DNA of 64,000 nucleotides, from the NCBI RefSeq assembly GCF_009914755.1, contig NC_060927.1. One strand, 5' to 3'. This DNA is from the human T2T-CHM13v2.0 reference genome, Homo sapiens. Positions 41,859 to 55,249 of this stretch are shown piece by piece (position 1 is the stretch's first letter; each line of letters begins with the position of its first letter). The translations under genes were made by a program, and so were the position numbers. Below the pieces are notes generated by a model. That model searched no databases and was not told the DNA's origin. It was given only the letters and a program-made list of their open reading frames with translations.

Positions 41859-42506
41859 TTGTTTTACCTGATTACTAATTCAAATCTAAACTCCCTACCA
41901 AAGAATCAAATGTCCTTGTGAACTGGTCTCCCATCTTCTCTAACCCACTTCCTATAAGCTCAATATTCTAGAAGGGATGTTGGCTCTCACTGCACCCACC
42001 ACCTTATTTTATATCATCCCTTTAATTTCTCCTCCCTATCTATGCTTTAAATTTCTGCTTTATTGATTCTGTCTTTTACTGCTTCTAAGAGACATTTCAT
42101 TTCTGCTATCACATTTTAATGTCTTATCATTTTCTCTCTCCAATTCCCTCTGAATCTTTTCCAATATCTCAGGCAAATTTCAACCCAGTCTTTTTAACAT
42201 CATTCCTACTTTGTTTCAAAAAAAATATGTTTTCTTATGGAAAATAAAAATTATATTTTAAAAAATTTACTTATTTTTCCTAGATTTAAATCTTTTCAAA
42301 AAATATGTCTTTCTTCTTTCCCCTCAGAAAAATGTTACACTTATTTTATACTCTGAGTCTTTTGGTTTTTGTTTGACTGTTTATTCATTGTTAAGGTCTG
42401 CTCTGTTCTTTCCTAATAAATCAGTGGAGAAGAGGACGTAGTGCCACATTAATTTCCTGGTTTCCTTCATTACCCACGTGCTATATTTAAATGTTTCGGA
42501 CCTTAA

Positions 42507-42814
<308 letters not shown>

Positions 42815-43662
42815 TAATATTAGTTGTAATTTACTTACTATGGCTCTAAAGGTAAAAGGAAAGTTCACCTGGGTTCCTTCTACTGCTTGCCTATCTATAC
42901 AGAATAATAATAAAGACTGTATGAACTGAAGCAGATCTTCTCTTTTAAACTGTATCAATAAAAATGCAATGCCAGACAGCATAGATCCATCCTATGGATC
43001 TTCCTGGCATTGTTTCTTATTTCTGAATGAAATGTGCCATGACCTATCTTCTTTTACCTTGGTCATATTACATTATCAGGAACCTTACTTCTAAATAAAG
43101 CAAAGCACTAATGGGTGAATAGTTGGGGTAAGGGGTCTGTGTGGTCATGAAATAGTCCACTATGTCAGAAAGCAACTCCCTCAGAGCAGAAAACAGCTTT
43201 CTTTCCTGAAAGGTTTGGAATTTCAAAGGTACAGACATGCACTGGAATTAAAAGCAAAAACAAAAAATAATGTTAAAAAACCTCCTTCCATCATTATATC
43301 CTGCTGTACTACTATTCTGCTTCTAAGTTCCATTTGCATTTTAGTTTGTAGAGATTCTTCCTGGTGTCTGGCATATTACTGATAAATATTCTGGGTTATA
43401 TCACTTCTTAATATCACATCTCTGTTTCTACAAGCATTCTGACAGTAGGATAGGAAAGCATGGACTAGGTGTCAAAAGCCAGCTCACTCTTTAACTTGCT
43501 GATATTTATTTGCCTACTTCTGGGTTCCATTGGATTGGATACTACAGTCGATCATCTCAAGCTCCAATTATCTAAGACCCTATGTTTCTGGCTTCTCTGG
43601 TCATTAGTTACAGTTTGCAAGTCAGTAGTCAACCTGGGGAGAACTCACTGTTCATTCAACAA

Positions 43663-43944
43663 ATTAGGACTAGATTAGGGTGAAGTGAGTTAAGAAAATC
43701 TGGTGCTTAACCTTGGGCATACCATTTAAGGGGGTGCTCAAAACTAAGTAATTAACATAAAAATACTTAAATATAATATTTTAAAAAACTGAATGATTCC
43801 AAAAGATTCATGATTAACAAAATATCAAAATTTTAAATGAAGACAAAATTTAATATTGCCATATCAGGCCACATTGGAGCCCAAGGCTAAAGAAAAGTCA
43901 GTAATAATGATCCTGTCATTTGCCTCATCCCAGTTTCGGCCCTG
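43663..43944 (+). mobile_element. MER96B-like hAT MITE
   Basis: atttaaggggggtgctcaaaactaagtaatta...catgattaacaaaatatcaaaattttaaat; end tgcctcatcccagtttcggccctg. Confidence 0.75.
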
Positions 43945-44127
43945 AAACAAATATATAAACAACTGTACTTCCCAGCCACTGATCTCTGCCCTCTTCATTG
44001 CAGAAAGCAGAATGTGGCCTGCTAATTTCATGCAATCGTATCTCTTCTCACAGCTGTTGATTTGAGTATTAATTTTATTCACATAATATTTCTCACGTTC
44101 CCAATCAATACTAGCATTCCTTATTCC

Positions 44128-44443
<316 letters not shown>

Positions 44444-44984
44444 ATTCCTTATTCTTAATCAGATAAGAGTTGCTGGTTTTCACAACTAATTACTCCACCT
44501 CAAACCAAGATGCCACCACACGCTTAAAGCTCAAAATTTCTCTAAATATGCATCCATTTTATTGTGTTTTTCTACTATCTCAAAGGAAGAGAGATCTGAT
44601 TTCCTATTTTATTCTCTCCTTTCTCCTTTATTGGGAGAAATACTATAACTATTTCTTTCATGTAAACTTCAAATCTTTCCCGGTTTCCTTCAAATCTTTC
44701 CTCATTGATTCCTTCGTGTTTCAACAGAAACTGGGTCATAGAGCCCTAGAAATTCTTCCTAAAACTAGAGCAGTCTCTAACCTTATTTAACTTACTTTAC
44801 TACTGCTACCACCATGATATACTGAACATTGTTTCCATTTTCTCATTTGACACTTACGGTTTTCACCCCTACCATGTGATTAAAACCATACATGAATCAT
44901 CTCTTTTTTTCATCTATATCCTTCTTCCATTAGCAATATTATGTGATTCTTTCTGAAGAAGTCCTGGTGAAGTATCTGAAAACT

Positions 44985-45120
44985 ACAACTATTTTTGTGT
45001 GGCCCATGAGCTAAGAATAGTTTCTATATTTCAAAAAGTTTTTTTCAAGATAAAAAAAAACAGTATTCTGTGACACATGAAAATTATATAAAATTCATAT
45101 TTGAGTGATCATAAAGTTCA
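44985..45120 (+). mobile_element. MER58/Charlie-type hAT fragment
   Basis: tggcccatgagctaagaatagtttctatattt...gtgacacatgaaaattatataaaattca. Confidence 0.7.
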
Positions 45121-45311
45121 CCAGCAGAAGGTGATGTTGCCGCACTAGATAAAGAAAAGCCTCTGGTGGCCACAGCAATGACCACTTCTTCTCTACTGTC
45201 CAACAGGTAGCTTGCTCTGCAGAGAAAAGGCGTGAAAAAAATTATTCTACCAGTTGACAGAAAAAAACCAGCTGAGAAATAAAACCTGATTGTTCACTTT
45301 TAAAAATCACA

Positions 45312-45760
45312 CCCCCAACGTGGGCCCACTAGAATGGCTCCCACAAAGAAGAAGGGTCATTCTCCCATCAATGAGGTGGTGACCTGAGCATACAATCAAC
45401 ATTCACAAGTGCATCCATGGAGTGGGCTTCAAGAAGCATGCCCATCAGGCACTCAAAGAGATCTGGAAATCTGTCATGAGGGAGAGGGGAACTCCAGAAC
45501 TGTGCACTGATAGCAGGCTCAACAAAGCTGTCTGGGCCAAAGGAATAAGGAATGTGCCATACCATATCCATGTGTGGCTGTCGAGAAAACATAATAAGGA
45601 TGAAGATCTACCAAATGAGTTCTACACTTTGGTTACCTATGCACCTGTTACCACTTTCAAAAATCTACAGACAGTCATTGTGGATGAGAACTAACTGCTG
45701 ATCATCAAATACATCAAATAAAGTTATAAAATCACCAAAAATAAACATAAAAAAATAAGA
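45312..45760 (+). pseudogene. RPL31P: Processed pseudogene of 60S ribosomal protein L31
   Basis: Intronless; ATG at 45334 ([17 protein letters not shown] then CGA>TGA stop and frameshift); ...[16 protein letters not shown]...[23 protein letters not shown] ends 45694; AATAAA ~45717; decayed A tail; TSD aaatcacacc. Confidence 0.97.
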
Positions 45761-47470
45761 AATCACACCTCATCCTCAGAAAGAAAACTGACTCCTTCAA
45801 CTTCCACAAACACATACACACTTCTTTTCAACTTATTTATACACTTTATAAATGTGAATAAAGTGATACTTCCTGCTGTTGCAAACAGGGTATATGTGCT
45901 GTTCTCCAAATAGTTCAAATGGTTTTATTATCACAACCTGAGAAATATTTCAAGAAGCAATGGATCCTGTTGTCTAACTAGTAAGAGAAGGAAAAGCTCA
46001 TCATCAAATATATCCAAATTCAAAATTTTTTGGCAGCTATTTTCTAGTTTACACAAGGTAAATACCAAACAAAGTCAGTTCAGCAGGGCAATTCCTGGAG
46101 GAACATATTTTTACCCAATTCCTTCTGCTAGGCCCAATAGGACATGATATTATTTCAACTCAACTATTGTGAAGAATTCAGTCACCTTAGAATTGATATG
46201 GACAACTGGTGGCACTTTCCACATTTTCCTGTTACAGGGATCCCTGCCATCTTGCGTGGCATGAAATTCTAGGGTATCAACAGAGTACTTACTCAGGAAC
46301 GTAGACTGTTTCTTGAAAAATATTTTGCCTCTGCCTAGAGATACCGCTATAGTCACACCCATGGAAGAACACATCCCAGTAAGAATATAAGTCAGTATTT
46401 TGGTATGTCATGATGAAATGCTACTGCCTTGACATAACCGTTTTACTAGCTAAAATATGAATCAGCTCTATTAGTAAAAATTTAGTGAGCTTCTGCTATG
46501 TGCCTAGATGAAATGCACAGCCTCTGCTTTCAAAGAAAAAAATATTTAGATAGGAAAATAGATGAGTAACATAAAGGGTATCTATACAACAAGTTCCTCA
46601 ACTGAGAGCTGTATAGCTTGTCTCAGGCAGTTAAGACAGCCAATGTGTAAGAAGACACATCTAAAGCAATGTTTAGGCACACTTACAATTATTTCATGTC
46701 TATTTCTCTTTTCTACTTACTTATTTCCTCTTTTCCCTCACTCCATGAAACTGATGGACTTTAGGCAATATATTAGTTCCCAGTATAATTTGGGTTGGGA
46801 GATACTTATCCAATAGATAGGCTGGCTGTAATTTCCTTTAAGGATTCTTTTTTTTTCTCTTCATGTCAAGTTAGACCACTAGACAAGACATTCCTATAAA
46901 TATAAAGAGTCCTTGATTTTACTGGCTTAACACCTTATATGCAAAATTACTTTTTTTTTTAGTAATTATGTCTTTAGATTGTTTTATTTTTATCAAACGT
47001 GACTCAAGTAGTCCATCTTCAACAGGAATATTAAGTTACTAAAAAAATCAGGATTGGAAACTTTATCACAATTAAATTTAAAAGTTTATAATAAAAACAG
47101 GATGAAAATAATTTGGGAAGTGAAATTTGAAAGCCCCAATAAATATTTAGTATTTTCTAAAATAAAGGAATAATACTAAAAATGAAAACATACAAAGTAT
47201 TCACCTTTAATTATTAATAGTGGGTATGACAACTGATTTCTACGTCTACTCTTATTTTTTCAGAAACCCGTCAAGAGTTCTCCTCCCCAATATTTTTCAT
47301 AATTATAAATGTTTTGTTTTACTATAGATAAAATGTACACTAAACATGTTCTGTTGCTACCATTCTAGGTCTGATCCTTCATCCCATTTTTCAGTGCCTT
47401 TCTGATTTTATCAAGCAGAATGCTAACTATTAAGTCCACCTAATTAGGGCCCAGCTTCTGCCAGACCTTC

Positions 47471-47567
47471 TTTTTTTTTTTTTTTTTGATCTTTTTTTTA
47501 TTATTTTTACTATTATACTTTAAGTTTTAGGGTACATGTGCACAACGTGCAGGTTTGTTACATATGT
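47471..47567 (-). mobile_element. Severely 5'-truncated young L1PA 3' end
   Basis: Poly-T then tattatactttaagttttagggtacatgtgcacaacgtgcaggtttgttacatatgt. Confidence 0.92.
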
Positions 47568-47688
47568 TTCTTACCCATTTGCAACACCTAGGAAGCAGTT
47601 CCAAGGTCCAGGTTCAATCTAGACCTTAAAATACCCTGTATGCCTCCTGTTCTTCTTCCTCTTTTTGGCTACAAGTGTCCAAAGACAC

Positions 47689-47761
47689 AGACAAAAAAAG
47701 TTACATTTACTCAAAACTACATAATATAGACACAAAAAAGTTACATTTACTCAACACTACA
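47689..47761. repeat. 40-bp tandem duplication
   Basis: aaaaaagttacatttactcaa(a/c)actaca occurs twice. Confidence 0.9.
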
Positions 47762-47788
47762 GAATGATGAATAATTAGACAATATTTT

Positions 47789-48066
47789 GGCCAGGCTCAG
47801 TGGCTCACGCATGTAAGGAGGCTAAGGCGGGCAGATCACATGAGGCCAGGAGTTTCAGACCAGCCTGGCCAACATGGCAAAACCCCATCTCTACTAAAAA
47901 TACAAAAATAATAATAATAATAATAATAAAATAACCAGGCATGGTGGCATACATTTGTAATCCTAGCTACTCAAGAGACTGAGACATGAGAATTGCTCAA
48001 ACCCGGGAGGCAGAGATTGCAATGAGCCGAGATCATGACACTGTACTGCAGTCTAGGAAACGGGAG
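47789..48066 (+). mobile_element. Alu with internal deletion, (TAA)n linker and no A tail
   Basis: gcatgta|aggaggc lacks atcccagcacttt; ends ...aaacgggagt without poly-A. Confidence 0.9.
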
Positions 48067-48439
48067 TTCCCTAGTTACCATGACAACTCCCCTTCCCCCA
48101 AATATCTTCATGTGTTTCCAAATGCTTTTGGGGTCAAAAAAGATTCTAGTAGAATCTGACTCCAAGTGAAGTAAAGAGACTAAAGAAAGAATAACGTTAA
48201 AAGAAAGTATACATTTTGAATAAGCAGCATAAAATAATGAAGTGTCAAAATGTAAAAGGTTTAAAGGGAAGAATGACCAAAGGTCAGAGGAATCCAGTAG
48301 CAGGACCACTGCAGATGGCAATTCAGCCAACCAGGATCTAGTGTACAGACATTTAGGAACACTAAAAAGACTCTAACATCAATTGAAGATTAGAAAGGAT
48401 AAAATGATTACATTAACTTACATCCCTCTTTATGCCTGC

Positions 48440-48870
48440 TTGACCTGCAGAACATGTTTGGCAGCTCTTACCCTAGGACCTTTACACTTGCTATTTCCTC
48501 AGTTTGGAATGTCCTTGCCCCAAAACTTACATGGTTCACTCCTTTATCTCCCTTAAATATTAGCTCAATTTTTTTTCAATAATAACTGCTCTGATATTTA
48601 ATTCTGCAACTTATAATAACTTATAATACACTATCAATCCCCTTAAATTGCAATATTGCAATATTCGTTTCTTTTTTCCAAAGAAATTACTGCTTTCAAA
48701 GACTCTGTTTATTTTTGTTATTTATTATATTTATTATTTACTATTTCCCTCTGTTAGAATGCAAGCTCCATGAAGGCAGGGATCTTTGTTATGTTCAATG
48801 ATATGTCCCAAGCACCTAGAACACAGCTGTAGAACTTAGAAGGCCTAATCCTCAATAATCAACAACCATG
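48440..48870 (+). mobile_element. L2 3' region
   Basis: ggacctttacacttgctatttcctcagtttggaatg; tagaatgcaagctccatgaaggcagggat. Confidence 0.85.
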
Positions 48871-50822
48871 ATCTGCAGAATGATGAATATAGGCTGTAGA
48901 GAATCCAGCCCTGTCTCACCAAATCAAAAACATGATTCCTTTGAAACTGCAGGCTGTTTCATAATATTAAACTAATGATGTTCCTTTGTATTTACTATTA
49001 TCAATGGGAGACAGAAAAATATTTCCTACATAGAAGTGGGCACTAACTAATCCCATAATGCCTTCAGTTAGCAAATCTCTAGACCCTCCACAGAAATCAA
49101 GCTTCAGACTCTGCACCAGGATATCAAAAACCACATTTCTTCTTTCATTTACCTGAAGTGACTTTGAACCTGGAGAAGGGAATTAATATTTCCCGAAGTC
49201 ATTTGATGGCTGAGAGGCATGAACACAGAACTGGAGTCTCCCTGGATATGTGATTAGCATTTGAACATGCACTTTCTAATACACTCCCACAATAGTTCCT
49301 GAATACTGATTTAGAAGGACTAGAATTAAGTACCAAGAACTGAAAAAAAAATTATTAAAAAGATACATGTTAATTATAGACTATCAAATCAATAGTAAGA
49401 AATCAGCAAATAAATAGAAACTGCATTGTTAGGAGCTAAAATGTAGAAAAAGATGGTATGAAGTATTACTGAGGGAGCCAGAATAATCTATCGAGTCACA
49501 TCTTTATTTCCAAAAGAAATTTCTTATGACCATACATCATTTTACAATGTAAAAACAGAGATTTCCCAAAGATTCTTACTCTGTTTCTAGCAACGAATGT
49601 ATAGCCACTCATTCACATGTTCCACCATTTACTTTATGAGGGCCGTCCAGCCTGTAGACAATTCAATTAATCTTACAAGTGACATGCACAAGAAAAAAAA
49701 AAAAACAGATGTGGCATTAAGATTTACAAAGTTATTGAAACTTTTTAACAAGTAAAACGCATCTTTACTTAGCTACACCAGAATGAGGAATAAAGGGGTT
49801 TACATATGTTCCAATTCTAAACCTATCAATCAAACCCATGTTATTCCTTTGGGAGCTTATTTACATGCATATTTATCAGCCTCACATGCTAATTCCCTGC
49901 TGTTTTATGCCTGCAAGGCATGTTTATGAGTCATAATTGTTGATCTCATTTGATGTATTTTGCTGAAGGAAGACATTATTCAGTTATGTGGCCTAATGTC
50001 AATGAATTACGATGACCCGATCTTCCAAACACAATTTGCTCTTTAATTTTTATTAGGATATATAACTTACTGTACAGGAAAAGCAGTACACACTAAAATA
50101 AAAGAATAAATGTTTTACATAAAGAATTTAGTTAATCATCTCATTTTGATCCACCTTACTCCTTCACATTTCTTCTAAGATGTGGCTATAAAATAAGCTG
50201 TGTCACTCAGTCACTTATTTCCCTACACTCCTACACTGCGCCCTTAGCTTCATAATCTGTCACCATAGTCTAACTTTGCAGACCTGCTTCCAAGTTCAAG
50301 AAAAAACATGTGTTCATTTTTGCTACTTGCATATTCCTTTACTAGTTTTTCCCCTTAGTCAAGACCAGTGACTATTTTTAGGCTGTCCTACAAAATCTGG
50401 CTAACAAAGCTATTTTCTTCAACTCACTTAAAACATTATTTCAGGCAGGAAATCTTCCTAAAATAGGTACATTGGGTAATGGTAACTATTTCTGCATTCA
50501 CCCAATCCCTTAGAAAACATAAAGCACCATTGCTTATATCAAAGCATTACCAATTTTTTAAAAAATAAAAACACTATATGCAAAGTATAACAATACAATT
50601 AGTGGTGGTATCAGGAGAGAACACCCTAAGAATTTGTGTTATTGAGAAACAGAAATGGAAAATGATGCAGTATATCTATATTTCTATAAATCAATCTATA
50701 TTGGTGTTATAAAGAGCTTTAGAATAATGGAGTGACTTAAATGATTGTAAAATGTATGTATTAATGGCACAAGGGTCTTCTGCACTACTGTGAGAAATCT
50801 GAATTAAAAATAAGTGATTTTT

Positions 50823-51112
50823 GGATGGGCACGGTGGCTCACACCTGTAATCCCAGCACTTTGGGAGGCCGGGGTGGGTGAATCATGAGGTCAAGACATC
50901 GAGACCATCCTGGCCAACGTGATGAAACCCTGTATCTATTAAAAATACAAAAAAATCAGCCAGGTGTGGTGGCGGGCACCTGTAGTCCCAGCTACTCGGG
51001 AGGCTGAGGCAGGAGAATCATTTGAACCTGGAGGCAGAAGTTGCAGTGAGCCAAGATCGCACCACTGTACTCCAGCCCGGACGACAGAGTGATAATCCAT
51101 CTCAAAAAAAAA
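50823..51112 (+). mobile_element. AluS (Sc-like) with TSD aagtgatttttg
   Basis: Dimeric Alu, gaggtcaagacatcgagaccatcc. Confidence 0.95.
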
Positions 51113-51756
51113 GTGATTTTTGTGACATGAACTTCTGCAAGGAAAACGGCTTATGATTTTCCCTCCCCAGCACATTTGGGATGTGAATGACGATACCATA
51201 TCACTAAAAAATAGATGTCATTGCAAGGGGTTACCACACTGAGTTCAATAAGCACTATCACTCCAGTGAGAACATTAGAACATGAAGCCTAAAACCACTT
51301 TTCTGCTAGGTGATCACACCACCTAAGTGATAGCTAGATGGAATTGCAGCCCAGAAATTTAAGTATCAGGAGACAGGAAAACTGGGCATACAGATGAACA
51401 GATCACAGTAGTCATTCTCTCTTCTTTTGACCTATACGTAAAGAATTAAAACTACAAGGAGTCATTCTTAAAATGCATTTGAAAGTGTTTTTGTAGCAGG
51501 ATTAAAATCTAAGAAGGTAATGAAATGGTATTAGTATTAATATTCTATTCTTATTATGCTTAAATAATTTTTAAAATGTTTGGATGAGCAATAAACTAAA
51601 AAACAGATTTTAGAAAACAATCATAAGTATAATTTTAAAAACCTGTGAAAGAAACCACTTTGCCTTCCTCTTGCCTGGTATTTGTAAAAGATGTAGGAAA
51701 AGGAAAAGGTAACAAATAATAATACTACATAAACAGCATTTTAAAAAATCAAAATA

Positions 51757-51880
51757 GGCAGGAGAATGGCGTGAACCCGGGAGGCGGAGCTTGCAGTGAG
51801 CCGAGATTGCGCCACTGCACTCCAGCCTGGGCGACAGAGCGAGACTCCGTCTCAAAAAAAAAAAAAAAAAAAAAAAAAAA
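51757..51880 (+). mobile_element. 5'-truncated young AluY with TSD aaaaatcaaaata
   Basis: Near-consensus 3' part, CpGs intact, long pure A tail. Confidence 0.95.
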
Positions 51881-52318
51881 TCAAAATAAGCAAGTTGATA
51901 TCCAGTACATGTACACACAATACCATGTAATTTAAAATGTATTTTATTGCATTAGAAACTACATGTGTTTTTCAACCTGAGGAAAATGATTTCCAAAAAT
52001 TAAAAACAAGAAAGAAACTACACGTATTAATAGAATTTAATTGATTTCCTTTCTACGACAGAGATAAAATGCACTGAATTACACATTTGCTGTGGGAGGC
52101 GGTCAGAACATGAGCAGAGTTACCACATGACGAAATCTACCCTTTAACATACTAAAATAGCAAACTATACTAACAGGACACACTAAGTAAACTATAACAG
52201 TTTCAGGAGATTATAAGTTTTTCAATGTTCATCTCATTGTTAAGTAATTTAGAAGAATAGTAAAATTCAACACTAATCTAGTATATTATTTGAAAACATT
52301 AAGGTTTTATGAAAGGAG

Positions 52319-52608
52319 TTTTTTTTTTCTTTTTTTTTTTTGAGATGGAGTCTCACTCTGTTGCCAGGCTGGAGTGCAGTGATGTGATCTCAGCTCACTA
52401 CAACCTCCACCTCCTGAGTTCAAGTGATTCTCCTGCCTCAGCCTCCCGAGTAGCTGGGACTACAGGCACGCGCCACCACACCCAGCTAATTTTTGTATTT
52501 TTTGTAGAGATGGGGTTTCAACCTTGTTGGCCAGGATGGTCTCGATCTCTTGACCTCATGATCCGCCCACCTCAGCCTCCCAAAGTGCGCGAGTCACTGC
52601 GCCCAGCC
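52319..52608 (-). mobile_element. AluSc-like with short deletion
   Basis: ctgttgccaggctgg and cgatctcttgacctc diagnostics; lacks tgggattacag near the head. Confidence 0.93.
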
Positions 52609-52649
52609 CAAAGGGAGATTTTTTACTACACAAATGAGGGCTTTTCTAC

Positions 52650-52942
52650 TTCATATCTTCTCAATGAGGCCTTTCTTTCTGTCCTAACTAAAATGGTAAC
52701 ACCCTCCTTAATTCATTTCCTACCCTTCTCCCAGGCTTTATATTTCTCCATAGCACTTATCCCTATAGAACCAGATATATTTTACATATTAATCTTGCTT
52801 ACTGTCAGTCTTTCACTAGAATTGTAACCTTCAAAGCAAAGGCTATAGTTTTGTTTATACCCGTAATTCTCAGCATCTATAATATATCTTGGCAGAGAGT
52901 AGGCACTCAATAAACAGCTACTGAAAGAAGAAATCAATGAAT
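52650..52942 (+). mobile_element. L2 3' end
   Basis: ttctccatagcacttatc...tggcagagagtaggcactcaataaa. Confidence 0.8.
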
Positions 52943-53307
52943 ATTAAATATTACAATAAACATCTGGGAGCACATAAGTTTAAAAACATATATTTCTACA
53001 TTAACAACGAAACCAGGATACTTAAGACAGCTAGTACTGAATATCTGATAGACCTATTACATTCTAAATATTAACATTAATGCCATCAGAATATCTGTGG
53101 CTGAGTAATCACAGTACCATAATTCACACACTCAGTCATCTTAGTTGAACCATGCAATCCTTGAAATACAATGAAGAGAAAATATATCACAAAGTACTGA
53201 TCTCCTCTATCATGAGCTACAAATTTTATCCAAAAAAATTATTTCAACTAAAATGTACAGAATATAAATCAACTAACACATTGGTTTTCATGAAGTGTAA
53301 ATATCTC

Positions 53308-53432
53308 GGTCAAGTGCAGTGGCTAATACCTGTAATCTCAGCATTTTAGGAGGCCGAGACAGAAGGATCACAGGACTTGAGCCCAGGAGTTTGAGACCAG
53401 CCTGGGCAACATAGCGAGACTCTGTGTCTATT
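53308..53432 (+). mobile_element. FLAM_C-like monomer
   Basis: Single left-arm monomer. Confidence 0.85.
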
Positions 53433-55249
53433 ATAAGTTTTTTAAGTGTCGATACCTTGAAAGCATATCCGAATAATCACAGATTAAATAAAAGAATAAT
53501 TATCTTGAGCAATTTCATGTCCCTAACATACCATTTTAAAATATGTGACTTTGATAGGAGATTAAAATAACTTAGCACATTAATGTAAACATGAATTCAT
53601 ATACAATGAACTTGCAATACTAAAGATTCCCCAAATGTTGCAACATTCATCCTTTATGTATTTTAACTGTATTTCTAAAACTTAAACCTAAATATAAACA
53701 CGTAAAGTATAAAACACTAAGCTCTGAGAGAAAGAGGTTTTTCAACTTGTACTTCTACAAAGAATAAAATTTGAAGGTGGCTCTGTGGATCAACCTACTT
53801 AATAATCTTCTCTCTTCCAAAAAGCTAACCGCAGGTTCTGGCCACAAGTCAGTAAATCAAATTTGATGAGGATTTAACTAAGTATAAGGTGAAAATGTCT
53901 ATGAATAAACAGATCATGTGGCTTTTTAATTTACTGAAGTGTTTTTTAAAAGTAAACAAAATAAAATTTTAGTAATAACATGAAATGAATGTGCTTAGCT
54001 GAATTTCTACTTATAATTACATTTACTTCATTCTTTTTACCTGTTCTGCTTTCCTCATTAGTTTTTACTTTACTTTTTTTTTTTGCTTTACTTGTTTAGT
54101 TTTGCTTTTTACCTGTTTATGATCCATAATGTTGGAAAAAACAGTACAGTAATATCCCACAAGGGGGAGGATGAGGACTTTTTAATCCTCACTTTTACAA
54201 TGTAAGTAACTTTCACATAGGAAGTTTTCCTCTAAAATAATTTACTTAACAAGGAGTAAACTGACATAAAATTAAGAGAGATGCAGACAAAACTTTGAAA
54301 CAGAAACTACCTTTTAATCTACAAAGTGTGCACTCATCCAAAGTCAGTTAATCACCTTGTAAAAACTGATACTTTTATATAATTTACAAAATTAGAAACA
54401 CAAAATAGACAGTTACACTGGCAAATATTTTTCTAGAATATAAACTACTTACTCATCAAAACAGATTTCTGAGTTATAAACTTAACTGAGATAAACGAGC
54501 TTCATCATAAGCTGAGTTTATGTTTGTCCTAAAATGTCCATCATATCTTTGTTTTCCTTTGGGCAAAATGGGAAAATCATACCCTGTTTTCTATTTAATT
54601 CATTAAAAATTGAACATTATGTGATTTATTATAAGTTTTCTGTACTAGGTATGAACATTAGCAATATTTGAAAGAAGGAATCAATTCTCTATCCAAAAGG
54701 AAAAAAATAAAGCTGATATTCAAAAGTAAAAGAAATGAACAGCAACATAGAGAAAACATGAAAATAATAAAGAACGACTCCAATCTTCAGAAGATATATT
54801 TAGACAGTTTCACATAAATAAAAACTTTATGTTCAACCAACCAACAATTCACACTTAAATCTATTTTAATGCATCATTGACATCGAAAGTAAAAAACAGG
54901 CAAGGACAGGAGAAGCACAGGCTTTCAGAAAGAGAAAAATTAAACTGAATGTCAATGGGCAAGGACACGTTAAGACTTATGATATACATTGCCAAATGGA
55001 ATGCCGGAAGGATAATACCAATCTATATTGCCACAAAACCTATGTGAAAATCTCCAATTCCCTAGACCTCAAGCAAAGCCCAGTTGCATTACTTTTTTTA
55101 ACGTAACAATGTGGAAGAAAAAAAAGAAAAACAAGAAACAAACTTGCTTTAATGTCATTCCTTATATGGCAAATGAGGTCACTCTGCATTTAATTATTAA
55201 GCATCCAAAATATTGCCTAAGAATTGCTAGTTTATGTCCTTTGGTCATT

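Noticed and set aside
45422-45694. 90-aa RPL31-like ORF as a functional gene
   Set aside because: Starts at GTG downstream of a nonsense codon and frameshift; intronless with A tail and TSD
46150-46374. 74-aa minus-strand ORF in a GC-balanced segment
   Set aside because: No recognisable homology or consistent splice sites; may be an old repeat relic
52309-52827. 172-aa ORF (and similar ORFs at 5443, 20794, 26987, 34665, 59319, 61901)
   Set aside because: Typical Alu-derived translations (e.g. [23 protein letters not shown])
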